From Camelus dromedarius (lineage: Eukaryota): a stretch of DNA of 64,000 nt. The notes under the pieces were generated by a model. That model saw only the letters and a list, made by a program, of their open reading frames with translations. It was not told the DNA's origin and ran no database searches. Position 1 is the first letter of the stretch. Every line of letters begins with the position of its first letter. Made by a program: the position numbers and the translations under genes. Shown one piece after another: positions 53,290 to 64,000 of this stretch. The stretch covers positions 21,266,001 to 21,330,000 of the forward strand of contig NC_087459.1 in NCBI RefSeq assembly GCF_036321535.1, given 5' to 3'.

Positions 53290-53700
53290 CCCTCCTCTAT
53301 TCTTGGCAGAACCATGATGCTGTTCTAGGGTCCACTTTCCTCTACTTGATTGATCATGTGACCCCCATTATCCTGGCCATTGATCAGTTTTATCCGTGAA
53401 CATGTGGCCCAGTTCTTGACAATAAGAAGTTAGAAGAAATCTGTTGGAGACTTCTTGGAAAGTTTCTTAGTTCTTTTTTTCAAAAAGTCACAGGATGTTT
53501 CTGCCTTTAGATGTTGGTATGTGAGGATCAGATTGTGATGAGAGCTAGCCCACAAGCTGAGACTGGTAGACAGCAAGATAGAAAGGACCTATCCATTATT
53601 TTTACAAGTTCCAGAGGTGCCCTGATTTAGGACTCTGATTATGTAAAATAATAAATCCCTTTATTGGTCATACGATTTTTAGTTAGTTTTCTGTTACTTG
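53290..53700. mobile_element. MLT1-type LTR remnant
   Basis: gatcatgtgacccc...catgtggcccagttcttgacaataagaagttagaagaaatctgttggagacttcttggaaag resembles MLT1. Confidence 0.45.
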
Positions 53701-53744
53701 TCTTTGAGCAAGTGACATTTTTTTCTTTTGTTTTCTTTTTTTAA

Positions 53745-54130
53745 TTTCTGAATTTATTTTATAATATCATATTTTTTAAAGTGACGCATACTTGAGGTAC
53801 AATATTATATGTTACAGGTATACAATAAAATAATTCACAATTTTTAAAGGTTATACTCCATTTGTAGTTATAAAATATTGGCTATATTCTGCATGTTGTA
53901 AAATACATCCTTGTAGCTTTTTTTTTTTTTAGCTTTATGTTTTATTTATTATTTAATTATTTTATTTTGGTTGGGGAAGGTAACTAGGTTTATTTGTTTT
54001 TAGAGGAGTTACTGGGGATTGAACCCAAGACCTCATGCATGCTAAGCAAGCACTCTACCACTTGAGCTATACTCTCACCCTCCTTGTAGCTTATTTTATA
54101 CCTGATAGTTTGTACCTCCTAATCCTCCAC
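53745..54130 (-). mobile_element. L1 3' end remnant interrupted by a SINE
   Basis: aaaggttatactccatttgtagttataaaatattggctatattc...atacatccttgtagc[SINE]ttattttatacctgatagtttgtacctc. Confidence 0.75.
53920..54080 (-). mobile_element. tRNA-Ala-derived SINE (camelid-type) with a 12-bp TSD
   Basis: ggggattgaacccaagacctcatgcatgctaagcaagcactctaccacttgagctata. TSD tccttgtagctt at 53908-53919 and 54081-54092. Confidence 0.85.
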
Positions 54131-54189
54131 TTTCATAGCAAGTGACATTTAAGCTAAGCAAAAATCAAGGGGAACAGAATTCTAGGTAG

Positions 54190-55500
54190 AGAGAACACCA
54201 ATGCTTAAAGCAGGAAAGGCTTGGCATGTTCTAAAGACAAAAATAATTCCAGTGTGGCAGGAATATAGTGAAGATGGGGGAGAATGGTGGGATATGGTGT
54301 TGGAGAAGTTAAAAGAGATGAGATCAGATCAATCAACCATGGATTTTATTTTATATTTTACTTTATTTTTTTATTCTAAGTATTATGGAAACGCTTTGGA
54401 GGATTTTAGGCAGGGGAGCCATGTGATTGTATTTTGTATGTTTGAGCCCTCTGGCTGCTGTGTTAGGAATGAATCGTTGGAGGGCAAGAGTAGAAGCAGG
54501 GAGATGAGTTACGGCTGTTGTCCAGGAAAGAGATGCTGGTGACTTGGGCCAGGCTGATGGTGGGTGAAGATGGAGAGAAGTGGATGCCTATTTTGGAGAC
54601 AGACCTATAAGCTCTGTTGGTTTTTAATGAGTGAAATGGGAGAAAGGGTAGAATCAAGCATGGCTTATAGGTTTTCAGTGTTGAGCAATTTGGTGAATGG
54701 ATGGTGACTCATACTAGGATGAGGAAGATGAGGTGCAAAATTGAACACATGTAGCATTAGAACTGTGTTTTAGGACAGAGGAAGTTGAAGGTGCATATCA
54801 AGTTGGCAGAAGGATTTATGAGCCTAAGGTTTAGAGAAGAGATAAGGGCTAGAGAATCAGTTTTGGTAGTCTCAGTCATTTAAACAGTACTTAGAGTGTG
54901 GGTATAGCTCAGTGGTAGAGTGCATGCTTAGCATGCACGAGGTCCTGGGTTCAATCCCTAGGACCTCCATTAAAAAATAAAATAAATAAACAGCATTTAA
55001 TGTCAAGGAATTGGAGAAGAATAACTTATACAAGAATCTAGGTAGACAAGACCAAGATTTGGGGCACTCCAACATTTAGCAGTTAAGCAGAAGAGAAAGG
55101 TGAGGTACGAGGAAAATTGGCAGAGTGTGATGTTATGGAGGCTAAGAGAGGAAAGTGGTCCAGAATGAGTGCTGCTGATGCTGCTGAGCTGCTGTGTAAA
55201 ATGAAGTGCAGAATTTGCTACTGGATTAGGCAACATGGAAGTTGGAGATGGGAGATAAGAGGGAGTCCTGGGTAATTCCTCGGTTTCTGGCTTGAGTAAA
55301 TGGATGAATAGTTTTGCCATTCACTGAAATGAGGACACAAAAAACCTGGCAGTTGGGGTAGGAAGAAAGATAATGAATTCAGTTTGGGACACATTGAGCC
55401 CATGATGGCTCTAGAACAACTAGATGATTTCCAGCTGGCAGGTGGACATACAGGTCTGAAGTTCACAGCATTGAGCTGCCTTATGGATCTGGGTACTGAA
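54190..55500 (-). mobile_element. L2 remnant interrupted by a SINE (ends approximate)
   Basis: Antisense L2 signatures, e.g. ggaggattttaggcaggggagccatgtgatt and ggcactccaacatttag. Confidence 0.55.
54894..54990 (+). mobile_element. tRNA-Ala(AGC)-derived SINE (camelid-type)
   Basis: A 72-nt tRNA-like head at 54898-54969 (GTGGGTATAGCTCAGTGGTAGAGTGCATGCTTAGCATGCACGAGGTCCTGGGTTCAATCCCTAGGACCTCCA) followed by an A-rich tail. Confidence 0.85.
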
Positions 55501-56404
55501 AGTTTCAGAAGCCAAGTACCACCCCTAGCTCCTTCCTTGATGTTTGCCAAGCTTCTTCAGGCAAGAACACAAACTCTCACTGGAATATAAAACACCACTT
55601 GAAGAGCAGCTTCTCAGGAGTTCTCTGCATCTCTGATTTTCGAAGAGTCAGGTTTCCAGGTCTTGTAGAGTTCACAGGTCAGATGGTCCTTGGAAACTGA
55701 CAGGAAGGAGGAGATACTCTTTCTCGGACTGCCCCTGCCCACCCCAACTAGGAGGTTCCCTGGCTGAGCTGTAAAGCTCTTGCAAAGCATCCTGCAGGAA
55801 CATCCAAGTTCTTAGCTCCACAGCGTCATGCCCTGAAAACCAACCAAACCCAGCTCCAGCCCAGCACAGAGCATGGAGTTGGTGGTAGGGGTGCGTGGGA
55901 GGCCTTCATGAAGGAGAAGGAACAGACATGAACTTATGATTGGCCCCATCATGTGGATTTCTTATCCCAGGCTCTTCCTGAACCCTCACCCCACATCCTG
56001 TTAGTTTCCTTTGTTCTCCTCAGATACATCTTGGCAGCCAGATTTCTCTGCTTTAGTCAGGGCCTCAGTATACTTGGTCTTGTTTTTTGGTCCACATTTG
56101 TGGTTAGCCCTTTATAAATAGGTCTATTCCCCAGAGTCTGGACTGTACTCTTTTCAAACCAAAGATGTTTATCCAGTACACGCTAATGAATGTTTAATGA
56201 TAGAATGGATGGGCTGGGACAGGCAAACATGAATATGCACACACGCCCTTCTGCTGCTCAAAAGAGTTTGGCCATCTTCCCCACTAGACTGAAGCAGGTG
56301 CAGCTGGTTCCAGTAAGGCTCTTCTCTTTGGGAAACCCTGGAGTGGAAGAGGCAGCAGAAGCTGGAGAACAAAGTAGCAGAGGCCCATAAGGTGGGCAGA
56401 TGGC

Positions 56405-56459
56405 TGGGACCTCATGCATGCTAAGCATGCGCTCTACCACTGAGCTATATCCACCCCCC
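56405..56459 (-). mobile_element. Partial tRNA-Ala-derived SINE
   Basis: ggacctcatgcatgctaagcatgcgctctaccactgagctatatccacccccc. Confidence 0.8.
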
Positions 56460-57879
56460 ATAATTTGGTTTTATATAGCACTTCATCCACTAGAGCGCTC
56501 ATGGTACTTACCAGTTCTTACCTTAATTTTGGGGTGATTGGTGTCCCTGTTCTAGATCTCCCCCTAGAAGCAGCATCAGGCTTTTGTTTTCCCAGGGCCT
56601 GGTACTTGAGTCGATCTAATAAATACTACTTTATAGGAGCATGTCTCATGGGATTCTCTCCATGACTTGCCTGCCATAGGTGGGCATGGCTGTACCTATT
56701 TTACAGATGAGGAAACTGAGACCCAGAGAGGTCAGGAGACTTGTCTGACCTCACCAGAACTCCCCAATGCTCCTCAGCAAGTGAAAGGAGTCTTCCCCCG
56801 CAACAAGGGAGTAGAGGATGCAGCTTTACATGAGCTTCGATGTGTGCTGAGGTCACCTTGTCACTCTCTTTCCTTCTGCCCTCTGTCCTTTCTCTTCCTC
56901 TACCTTCAATTTGCTCTTTTTCTCTTTTTCCTTTGGCTCCCTTCCCTTTTCTTCCTCTTTCTTTTCCTCCATCATCTTTCTTACCTCTCTTTGGACCTGT
57001 GATTCTGTTCTGACTTCCACCTGGGGTCTGTCACCCCCACTACCTGCTACCTCCATTTTGCTGCCCAGCCCCTCCACAAGGAATAGTTGAATGCCTACCT
57101 TGCTCTCAACCCCTAATCCTTTCTTGGGTAACTAAGAGGACCCAGGCCAGGGAAGCATCCAGTCATTTTCCTGCCCTTTCCTACTGCCCATCCCAAGCTA
57201 GAAAATAAACGAGTTAGAGAACTGTGTAAGTGGACAACTAGGACCAAGGGCCAGATTTCTTCTCCAAAGCCTTGTCCTGAGAGATTGTTGGTACCAACTT
57301 CCACCACTAGGAGACACCAAGAGCAAGGAAAGTGTGAAAACAGGGGGTGCTAGGGTCCCCAGTGTGTACCTCACTCATTCATTCATTGATTCGTTGATTC
57401 AATATATTCTGAGCACTGACTGTGAACCAGACACTGTTCCACGTGCTTCGGATACAGAGTATTCTCTGCCATCTTGGAGCTTATATAGTAGCAGAAAGGG
57501 ACAATTGTGCAGTGAACTAATAAATCCTCAAGACAGTTTCAGATCAGGATAAAAGCTATGAAGCCAGTAAGTACTACGATGAGTTGGAGAGTAGTCAGGT
57601 GTTGACTGAGGTCAGAGAGGGCTTTTATGGAGCGGTTTTATTTAAGCTGCGCTTGGACTGGGAGTGAGCGAGCTAGGCAGAAGGTTCCAGACAGAGTACA
57701 AAGGATCTGGATGTGTTTGAAGGCCTGTGGGAAGGCAAATGGGCTACAGTTTATTGAGAGAGGAATTGAGTATCATGAGATGGAGCAGGGGTTTTATGCA
57801 AAGTTTTATGAGAGCTTTGAGCTCTGAGCAGGGAAAAAGCCAACTGAATTTATTTATTATTATTTGTTGTTGTTAGATG

Positions 57880-59300
57880 AAATTTTATTTTTCAAGGTTT
57901 TATTTTTGGCTGGAGCTTACAACTACTTCTTTTTTTTTTATTTGCTAACTTTCTATGTAACTATCACTAATCCTTTTTACATCTTCCATGAATCTTCAAA
58001 TACAATTTTCACACAATTAAATATATCAATACTCTTATCAGTTTCATTTTTTCTCTTCCTGGAAGACTTCCAGGCTCCTGTTCCGGCATGGGCTGGTTGT
58101 TCTCTATGCCTGCTGGACAGATATTGCCTTGAGACCTCCCTTCACCTCTCCCCTGTGCTGGGTTGGGTTTCCTGGACCTCCTGTTTTTCTCTTTCTCAAT
58201 TTGTTCCCTTGTTTTGCTGGAGCACATCTCCCAGTAGTTTCCTGAGAAAGAGTGAATGGGATGAAACCACTTCGCTACTTGGCATGTCTAAAAATATCCT
58301 TATACTACTTGTTTGGAAAATGTGGCCAGATATAGAATTACACATAGAAAATCATTTACCCTCAGAATTTTGAAAACATTGCCTGTCTTTTAGCTTCAGA
58401 CTCACTGTTGAGAACCTGATACCATTCTTATCACCAAACCTCTGTAGGTGATCTGCCCCTCCCCGCAGAAGACTTCAGAGAGCATAGCTATCAGAAGCGT
58501 GGACTCTGGACTCTGGACTCAGACTGTCTGGAAGTCTGCCAGTGCAACCTTGGACAAATTTCTCAATCTCCCTGCACCTCAGCTTCCTCGTTTGCAAAAT
58601 GGGGTTTTGAAAGTTTAAAGGAGTCAATACGTATAAAAGCACTTATATGTCAGTGCCTGGCAAAGAGTATGTACTATTAAACTGTTTGCTGTTATTATTA
58701 TTAGGGTCTCTTTGTCCCTGGCATTTTAAAACTTAACAATGAGTGTAGGTCTTTTTCCATTCACTATGCAGAAATTCAAAAAGCATGTGACAGACACAAC
58801 TTTAAAATTTTAGAAATCTTTCTTGTATTATTCTTTGCTAGTTTTCTTTCTTCCATCTGCTTTATTACCTCTTTCTGGAACTCCTCTCAGATGTTGAACC
58901 TCCTAACTCACCTCTGATTTTCCTGTTTTTCTTCTATTGTGCATCTTTTTGTTGTTGTTGTCCTTTCTGATAAATTTCTCAACTTTACTTTCTAAGTCTT
59001 CTACTGAATTTTAAAATTTTAGCTACATTTTTATATTTTAAGTACTTGGCTCTTATTATCTTTTTATAGATACTTTGTCTTCATTTCTGCTTTTTTCCCT
59101 TCTGCTTCCTGTATTATCTCTTTCTTGAGTTTTTTGTTTGCTTTGACTTCAGGTTGGAGGCTTGCCTCAAATGGTGATCCTTGACTGCTCATATTTTAAA
59201 ATGAGGCATTAAAAAGAATGTGTTTGAGTGAAGCTTTTCAACTGGGAGGCTCCCTAAATGTTTATATTTATAGGTCTTTTTCCTGGGCAGGTTTATTTTC
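57880..59300 (-). mobile_element. Old L1 (L1M-type) remnant, ends approximate
   Basis: T-rich antisense L1-like sequence, e.g. gatatagaattacacatagaaaatcatttaccctcagaattttgaaaacattg, interrupted by a MIR near 58500-58700. Confidence 0.45.
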
Positions 59301-59949
59301 TCCAGAGGAATATTCTCCAGTCTTCTATCTGCACCAGCCAGGGGCAGTATAAGCTTCCTGGGCAATGTTTCTAATAGTTAAGCTGAGGAAGGGAGCTGGG
59401 GCAATCTCATTATTCAGTCCTTACTCTTTGGTTTTTGATCACGCTCCCAGTACTCTCTCTGCCTGGTATCCTTGACTTGACAGTATTTTTTAAATCCACA
59501 TTTTCCAAAAAATAAATCACCTTTTTCCTACAAAGGTGAGAAGTCATCTGGCTGTGTGAAGGAGAGGTGTGAGAACTTCAAAGATCTAATTACTCTGTGC
59601 ATAAACTTTTAACCAGTATCTGTTTTTATCCTCACCTTTTGACCCCACCTTCCTTAGTATACCGGGAGCATATCTCCTTGCTTCCTGTTAGTATTCCCCG
59701 ACTCTGAAGGCATTTATACTTTGGCCTCCTCTGTTCTGCTCTTCCACCCACTTTCCATCTTCCAAGAATAGTTGACTTTTTTTTTTTCTCTATTTCCTCT
59801 CCTACCCTTTAGTTCTTGGGGTTTACTCCTGTCTTGAGTCCTTTGCTGTCAACTCTAAATGAATCAGCTGGTTTATTTTATGACTGTAAAAAGATTCAGA
59901 ATTCCAAGGATCCAAACATTAGCCAGAAAAATTTTTCAACAAAATTCTC

Positions 59950-59975
59950 TTTATTTCACTAGAAATCACTTTATT
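59950..59975 (-). terminator. Tandem poly(A) signals of SEPHS2
   Basis: TTTATT on the plus strand at 59950-59955 and 59970-59975, just downstream of the SECIS. Confidence 0.75.
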
Positions 59976-60037
59976 GATTAAATCACCAGGAATTTTCAGC
60001 ACAAGATTTAACATCTTAATGTCCACCAAGGCCTAGG

Positions 60038-60104
60038 CTCTGGGGCTTGCTCTGCCTCTCCCGGTCCTTAAAGGGGTTTAGAGGGAGAGACATCATTAAC
60101 AGAG
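60038..60104 (-). promoter_or_regulatory. SECIS element (selenocysteine insertion sequence) in the SEPHS2 3'UTR
   Basis: Minus strand CUCUGUUA-AUGAU-GUCUCUCCC-UCU-AAA-CCCCUUUAAGGACC-GGGAGAGGC-AGAG-CAAGCCCCAGAG: AUGA/GA core, 9-bp helix II, apical AAA, and helix I CUCUG/CAGAG. Confidence 0.9.
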
Positions 60105-60678
60105 ACCAAGTAAGGTGGCTGAGGTCCTCCTTTCCCAATCATTGGACAAGCTGCTCAATTCTTGTCCAGAGCAGGAAAGAGCCAGTATTTCAGAGAAATC
60201 TAATAAACAATTTGACATTGCATTTTACTATCTCTTTTAACAGTTTAGATTTATCAACAATATTGGTCCAAACTTATTTGCTTCTGATCTAAATGTTTTT
60301 CATTTTGTAATTTACTTCTGCTATGTATGTAATTTTAATAATCTCACTCCCTGTGCAGAAATCAATCAACCCTGTGCCAAGAGAAATCTCTCAAACCTGA
60401 GTAGCCTAATCTTGCTCTTGGAAAGAGTAAATAAAGGTTTTTCTGCTCTTCTTCTACTCAAGAAATTAACAAACCTACCCCTCAGAAGTTCAAAATAAAT
60501 GTTACTTTTGGCCTTGGAATGTGCAGCTTTTGATGGGCCAATTCAAGTCACCTAGAAAGAGCAACTGGAACTACTATGCAGGCAGCCTTTGGAAATTTCT
60601 TCCTAAAATCAACTTTTGAGAATCATCCATGATTGTGTACAAAGGCTGTCTGGTCCAAACCACTTCTGCTATTCCATC

Positions 60679-62037
60679 TCATGAGCTAGGCTCAGAGGAG
60701 GCACTGGAATTCTCAGGAACAAGAGCAGTAGCAGTGGCTCCACGAGGTAGGACCTCAATGACTCGAGGCTTGTCAATGATCCGGGCGGTCCGGTTCCCCT
60801 TTTCCACAATGCCGACAATCCATGCTTGGTGACCCTCTCCATACTTCGAAGATTTGATTTCAGAACAAAAGCGAGCTGCTTGTTCTCTTGGCAGACAAAT
60901 CAGTAATCCCCCTGAAGTTTCTGCTGAGGTTCCTTGAAGGAGCCCAAAGCGCCCACTGGCTTTGCTGATGGCAGCCATCTTAGCAATAATTGGCAGATTA
61001 TGAATGACAAAGGACACCTCATTTCTTTGTTGTTTTGCAAGGTTCTGAGAGTGTCCTAGAATGCCAAAGCCTGTGATATCGGTGGCTGCATGGGCATTAA
61101 ACGTGTGCATTAATCCAGCAGCAGTTCTGTTGAGGGTAGCCATATTGAACATGGCTTCCTGATAGGCCAGCTCTACCTCTTCTCTGGAGACCACCATCTT
61201 TATTTTATTCCATCTCTCGGGATTATCCAGCCATTGGTGGGCATTAACAGCAACTTGGGTTCCTAAGGGTTTGGTTAACACCAGCACATCCCCAACAACG
61301 GCACTGTCAGGCATTATGAATTCATTTGGCTGACATACCACAGTGGCAACTCCACCGACGATAATCCAAGGGTTTACTACCGTCTGCCCACCAGTCACTG
61401 CAGTCCCTCCTTCCTCTGCAGCGTCCCGAAAGCCTTTGATCATGAGTGGTGTTATCTTTTCTCGCTCCTCCTCAGTCATACTCTGGCTGACGCTGAGTAG
61501 CATCAACATGTTGTCACATTCGGTAATGCCCATGGCATAGAGGTCACTCAGCACGTTGGCACAAGCTATGCGCCCCATCATGTAGGGATCTTCCACCAAG
61601 GGGTAAAAGAAGTCCGTGGTCTGCACCAGGGAGAGGCCCCCGTGTCTCAGGGGTATGACACAGGAATCCAACCCAATGCCGAGGGTTGGAAGGGCTGGGC
61701 TGGGTTCCGCCCTAACCGGCAGGCCGGCTTCCTGGGCCGCCTCTTCTGGGCCTCCGACCAGGGTCCGGCCCAGCGGGGGCCGCACGTCTGGCCGCGTCAG
61801 TCCCGCCAGGAGTTTGAGCAGCGTCTCCTGGGGGACCTTGCAGCCTCAGCCCTTCATGCCAGAGAAGCCGGTCAGCCGCCAGCTAGGGCTTAGGCCCAAC
61901 GCCTGGGGCTCGAAGGGCCGGTAGCTCGAGAAGCCACGGCCTAGAGACAAACCCGCCGCGCCCGAGGAGCCTTCCCCCGCCGCCACCGCTGCCGCCATCG
62001 CCTCTCCGCCGGCGCCCGTTGCTGCGGCTTCCGCCAT
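60679..62037 (-). CDS. SEPHS2: Selenophosphate synthetase 2, selenoprotein, 452 aa with Sec at codon 64; intronless CDS
   Basis: ATG at 62037 ([14 protein letters not shown]...[11 protein letters not shown]), in-frame TGA at 61848-61846, then GCKVPQE in the same frame, continuing into ORF 60679..61785 ([41 protein letters not shown]). Confidence 0.98.
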
Positions 62038-62223
62038 CACGCCTGCCCTGCAGGGAGGGAAAGGAGGAGCGAGTAGAGGAGATCCTTTTTACTTTCTACT
62101 CCAGTTAATAAGGAGTAAGTCAGACGTTACCGCAGAGATTTTCCCCGGCACAACTCTCGCGGAAGGACTACTGCCTCCCCACGCGCTCCTGGCGGTCCTG
62201 AAGGAGGAGCGGCTGGCCTCTCC

Positions 62224-62290
62224 TATTTATACCCATGGTGATTGACAGCTGTGCCATCCAATGAGGACTTTGTCACCGAGGGGCGGGCTT
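62224..62290 (-). promoter_or_regulatory. SEPHS2 core promoter (TATA, CCAAT, GC box)
   Basis: TATAAATA on the minus strand at 62231-62224, CCAAT near 62258 and GGGCGG near 62281. Confidence 0.65.
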
Positions 62291-62624
62291 CCTGCCGTCT
62301 AAAAGATGTATTACAAATCAACCACCAGCTTCCGAAATTGGTCTCGGCAAGTTTACAGAACAAGCGATTTTGTTCATTCCCCTTGATGCAATTTAAATGA
62401 ACTCTTGGGAGAACCTGGCGAAACTCTGTTCCCCTCGAGGCAGTTGACCAAATCCAGCATTTTCTAAGACAAGGGAAGATCGGTCATTCGGCAAACCTCA
62501 AGCAAGTCAGAACTGTCCAAGGGTCACTTGAGAGCGCACATGATCAATACAGGGTAGGAAATAGTCAAGGGGAAAAAAATTAGAAAAAAATGATGAGAAA
62601 TTGTAAGTTACTAACATTATGTAA

Positions 62625-63010
62625 GCAAACTGCTGCATCCATTCTAAGTGAAGTAAACCAGAAAGAAAAATACCATATGATATTGCTCATATGTGGAATC
62701 TAAAAAAAAAAAACAAAAACAAACAAAGCATAAATACAAAACAGAAACAGACTCATGACAATAAATACAAACTTGTGGTTACCAAGGGTGCGGAGGGTGG
62801 GAAGGGATAGACGGGATTTCAGAATTGTAGAATAGATAAACAAGATTATACTGTATAGCACAGGGAAATATACACAAGATCTTGTGGTAGCTCACAGAGA
62901 AAAAAATGTGACGATGAATATATATATATGTTCATGTATAACTGAAAAATTGTGCTCTACACTGGAATTTGACACAACATTGTAAAATGATTATAACTCA
63001 ATAAAAAATG
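62625..63010 (+). mobile_element. L1 3' end
   Basis: attctaagtgaagtaaaccagaaagaaaaataccatatgatattgctcatatgtggaatctaaaa...ataactcaataaaaaatg. Confidence 0.75.
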
Positions 63011-64000
63011 TTATATTGTTGTTTAAAAAAATAATGAAATGTTAACATGGACTTGAAAGAATTTTAGGACTCTTAAGTCCAGACACCTGCATGGGTTCTC
63101 ATGCTGCTTCCACCAACTGCCTGTGTGAGTCACTTTCCCTCTCCCGGAATCAGCTGACTCATCTGGACAAAAAGTAAGCTTACCTAAGTTTCTTTTATTC
63201 TAAAGTTTCTATATATCTTTAAGTTAACGTATGTGAGAGTCTGTGATGTATTCATGAAGGGTAGTTTGCCAATATCCTTTAAAATTATAACGGCATGCAT
63301 TACCTTTGACCCAGAAGTTCCAATTGTAGAACTTTATCCTGCAGATGCACTGGCCTGTTTGAGTAGGAAATGGTAGTTAGTTATTGCTGTGCTTTTTGTA
63401 ATATCAACATACTGGAAACAACTTAAGTGTTTATCAATTATGATGAAAATAAATTATGATACATTTACATTACAGGCCACAAAATAACTGTAAAAAAGAA
63501 TAAGAAAACATTGATGTGATTATATTGATAACAGTTATAGTTCTAATAGGCACAATTCTAAATGCTTTACATATATTAACTAACTTAATTCTCATAAAGA
63601 CCTTATAAATTAAGATTCTCATGAGATATTCAGATAAGGAATATAAGGCACAGAGAGATTAAATGACCTGTTCAAATTCACAGCCAATTTGGAGTGGAGC
63701 TGGATGTGAATCCAGACAATCTGCTCCAAAGACCACCAGATTATACTTCCGATGATGTTTGTTAAGAGAAACAAAGACGCTTCAGAACAGTAATGTATAG
63801 AACACTATTACTTGTTTTAAAAAAAAGTAGGAAAGTATATACAGAAGCATAGCTCTGGAAGAGTGATCACCAGAAACTGGATATTTTGATTGCTTCTGGG
63901 GAGGGAATGAGATGATAAGGGAACAGGAGATTTTTTCCATTATATTGTGTTTTTCTTGTTTTAACATTTGGAACTTAAAAAAATTCTTTTAAAATTTAAA

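Noticed and set aside
54898-54969. tRNA-Ala(AGC) gene
   Set aside because: Followed by an A-rich tail instead of an oligo-T terminator, the acceptor stem has a mismatch, it sits inside an L2, and two sister copies lie nearby, one with a TSD. It is a SINE.
57864-58373. 169-aa hydrophobic ORF
   Set aside because: T-rich antisense L1 remnant with a TTG start and no recognisable domain.
60679-61785. 368-aa ORF as the complete SEPHS2 or as SEPHS1; 61846..62040 as a separate small ORF
   Set aside because: Both are halves of one CDS joined by the Sec UGA, and a SECIS is present.

Overview
Mammalian gene-dense, GC-rich window syntenic with human 16p11.2. The tRNA-Ala-derived SINEs point to a camelid (inference). 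Seven recognisable protein-coding genes were reconstructed exon by exon with GT-AG boundaries and consistent phases: CD2BP2 (-, 3' end cut by the window edge), TBC1D10B (-), MYL11/MYLPF (+), SEPTIN1 (-), ZNF48 (+), ZNF771 (+) and DCTPP1 (-). An eighth, SEPHS2 (-), has an intronless CDS with in-frame UGA = Sec64, a 3'UTR SECIS and a hairpin just downstream of the UGA. The most striking unexplained feature is a disabled Sesquipedalian/PHETA (FAM109)-like gene at 3289-3887 (+), between CD2BP2 and TBC1D10B. It has a PH domain, a following helical segment and an F&H motif. Two stops and three frameshifts scatter it over several ORF-track entries, and it appears to be fed by the divergent side of the CD2BP2 promoter. 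Other leads: a candidate 83-nt 5'UTR intron in SEPHS2; a retroposed LTR-like fragment that may supply the DCTPP1 poly(A) signal; a promoter-like element in the SEPTIN1 3'UTR that may drive ZNF48; and an orphan promoter at about 35.5-36.1 kb. Intergenic and intronic DNA is rich in L2, MIR, L1 and MaLR remnants. Nine N-runs of 128-245 nt hide some sequence. Gene and repeat identities come from my recall of known proteins and consensus sequences; no database search was run.
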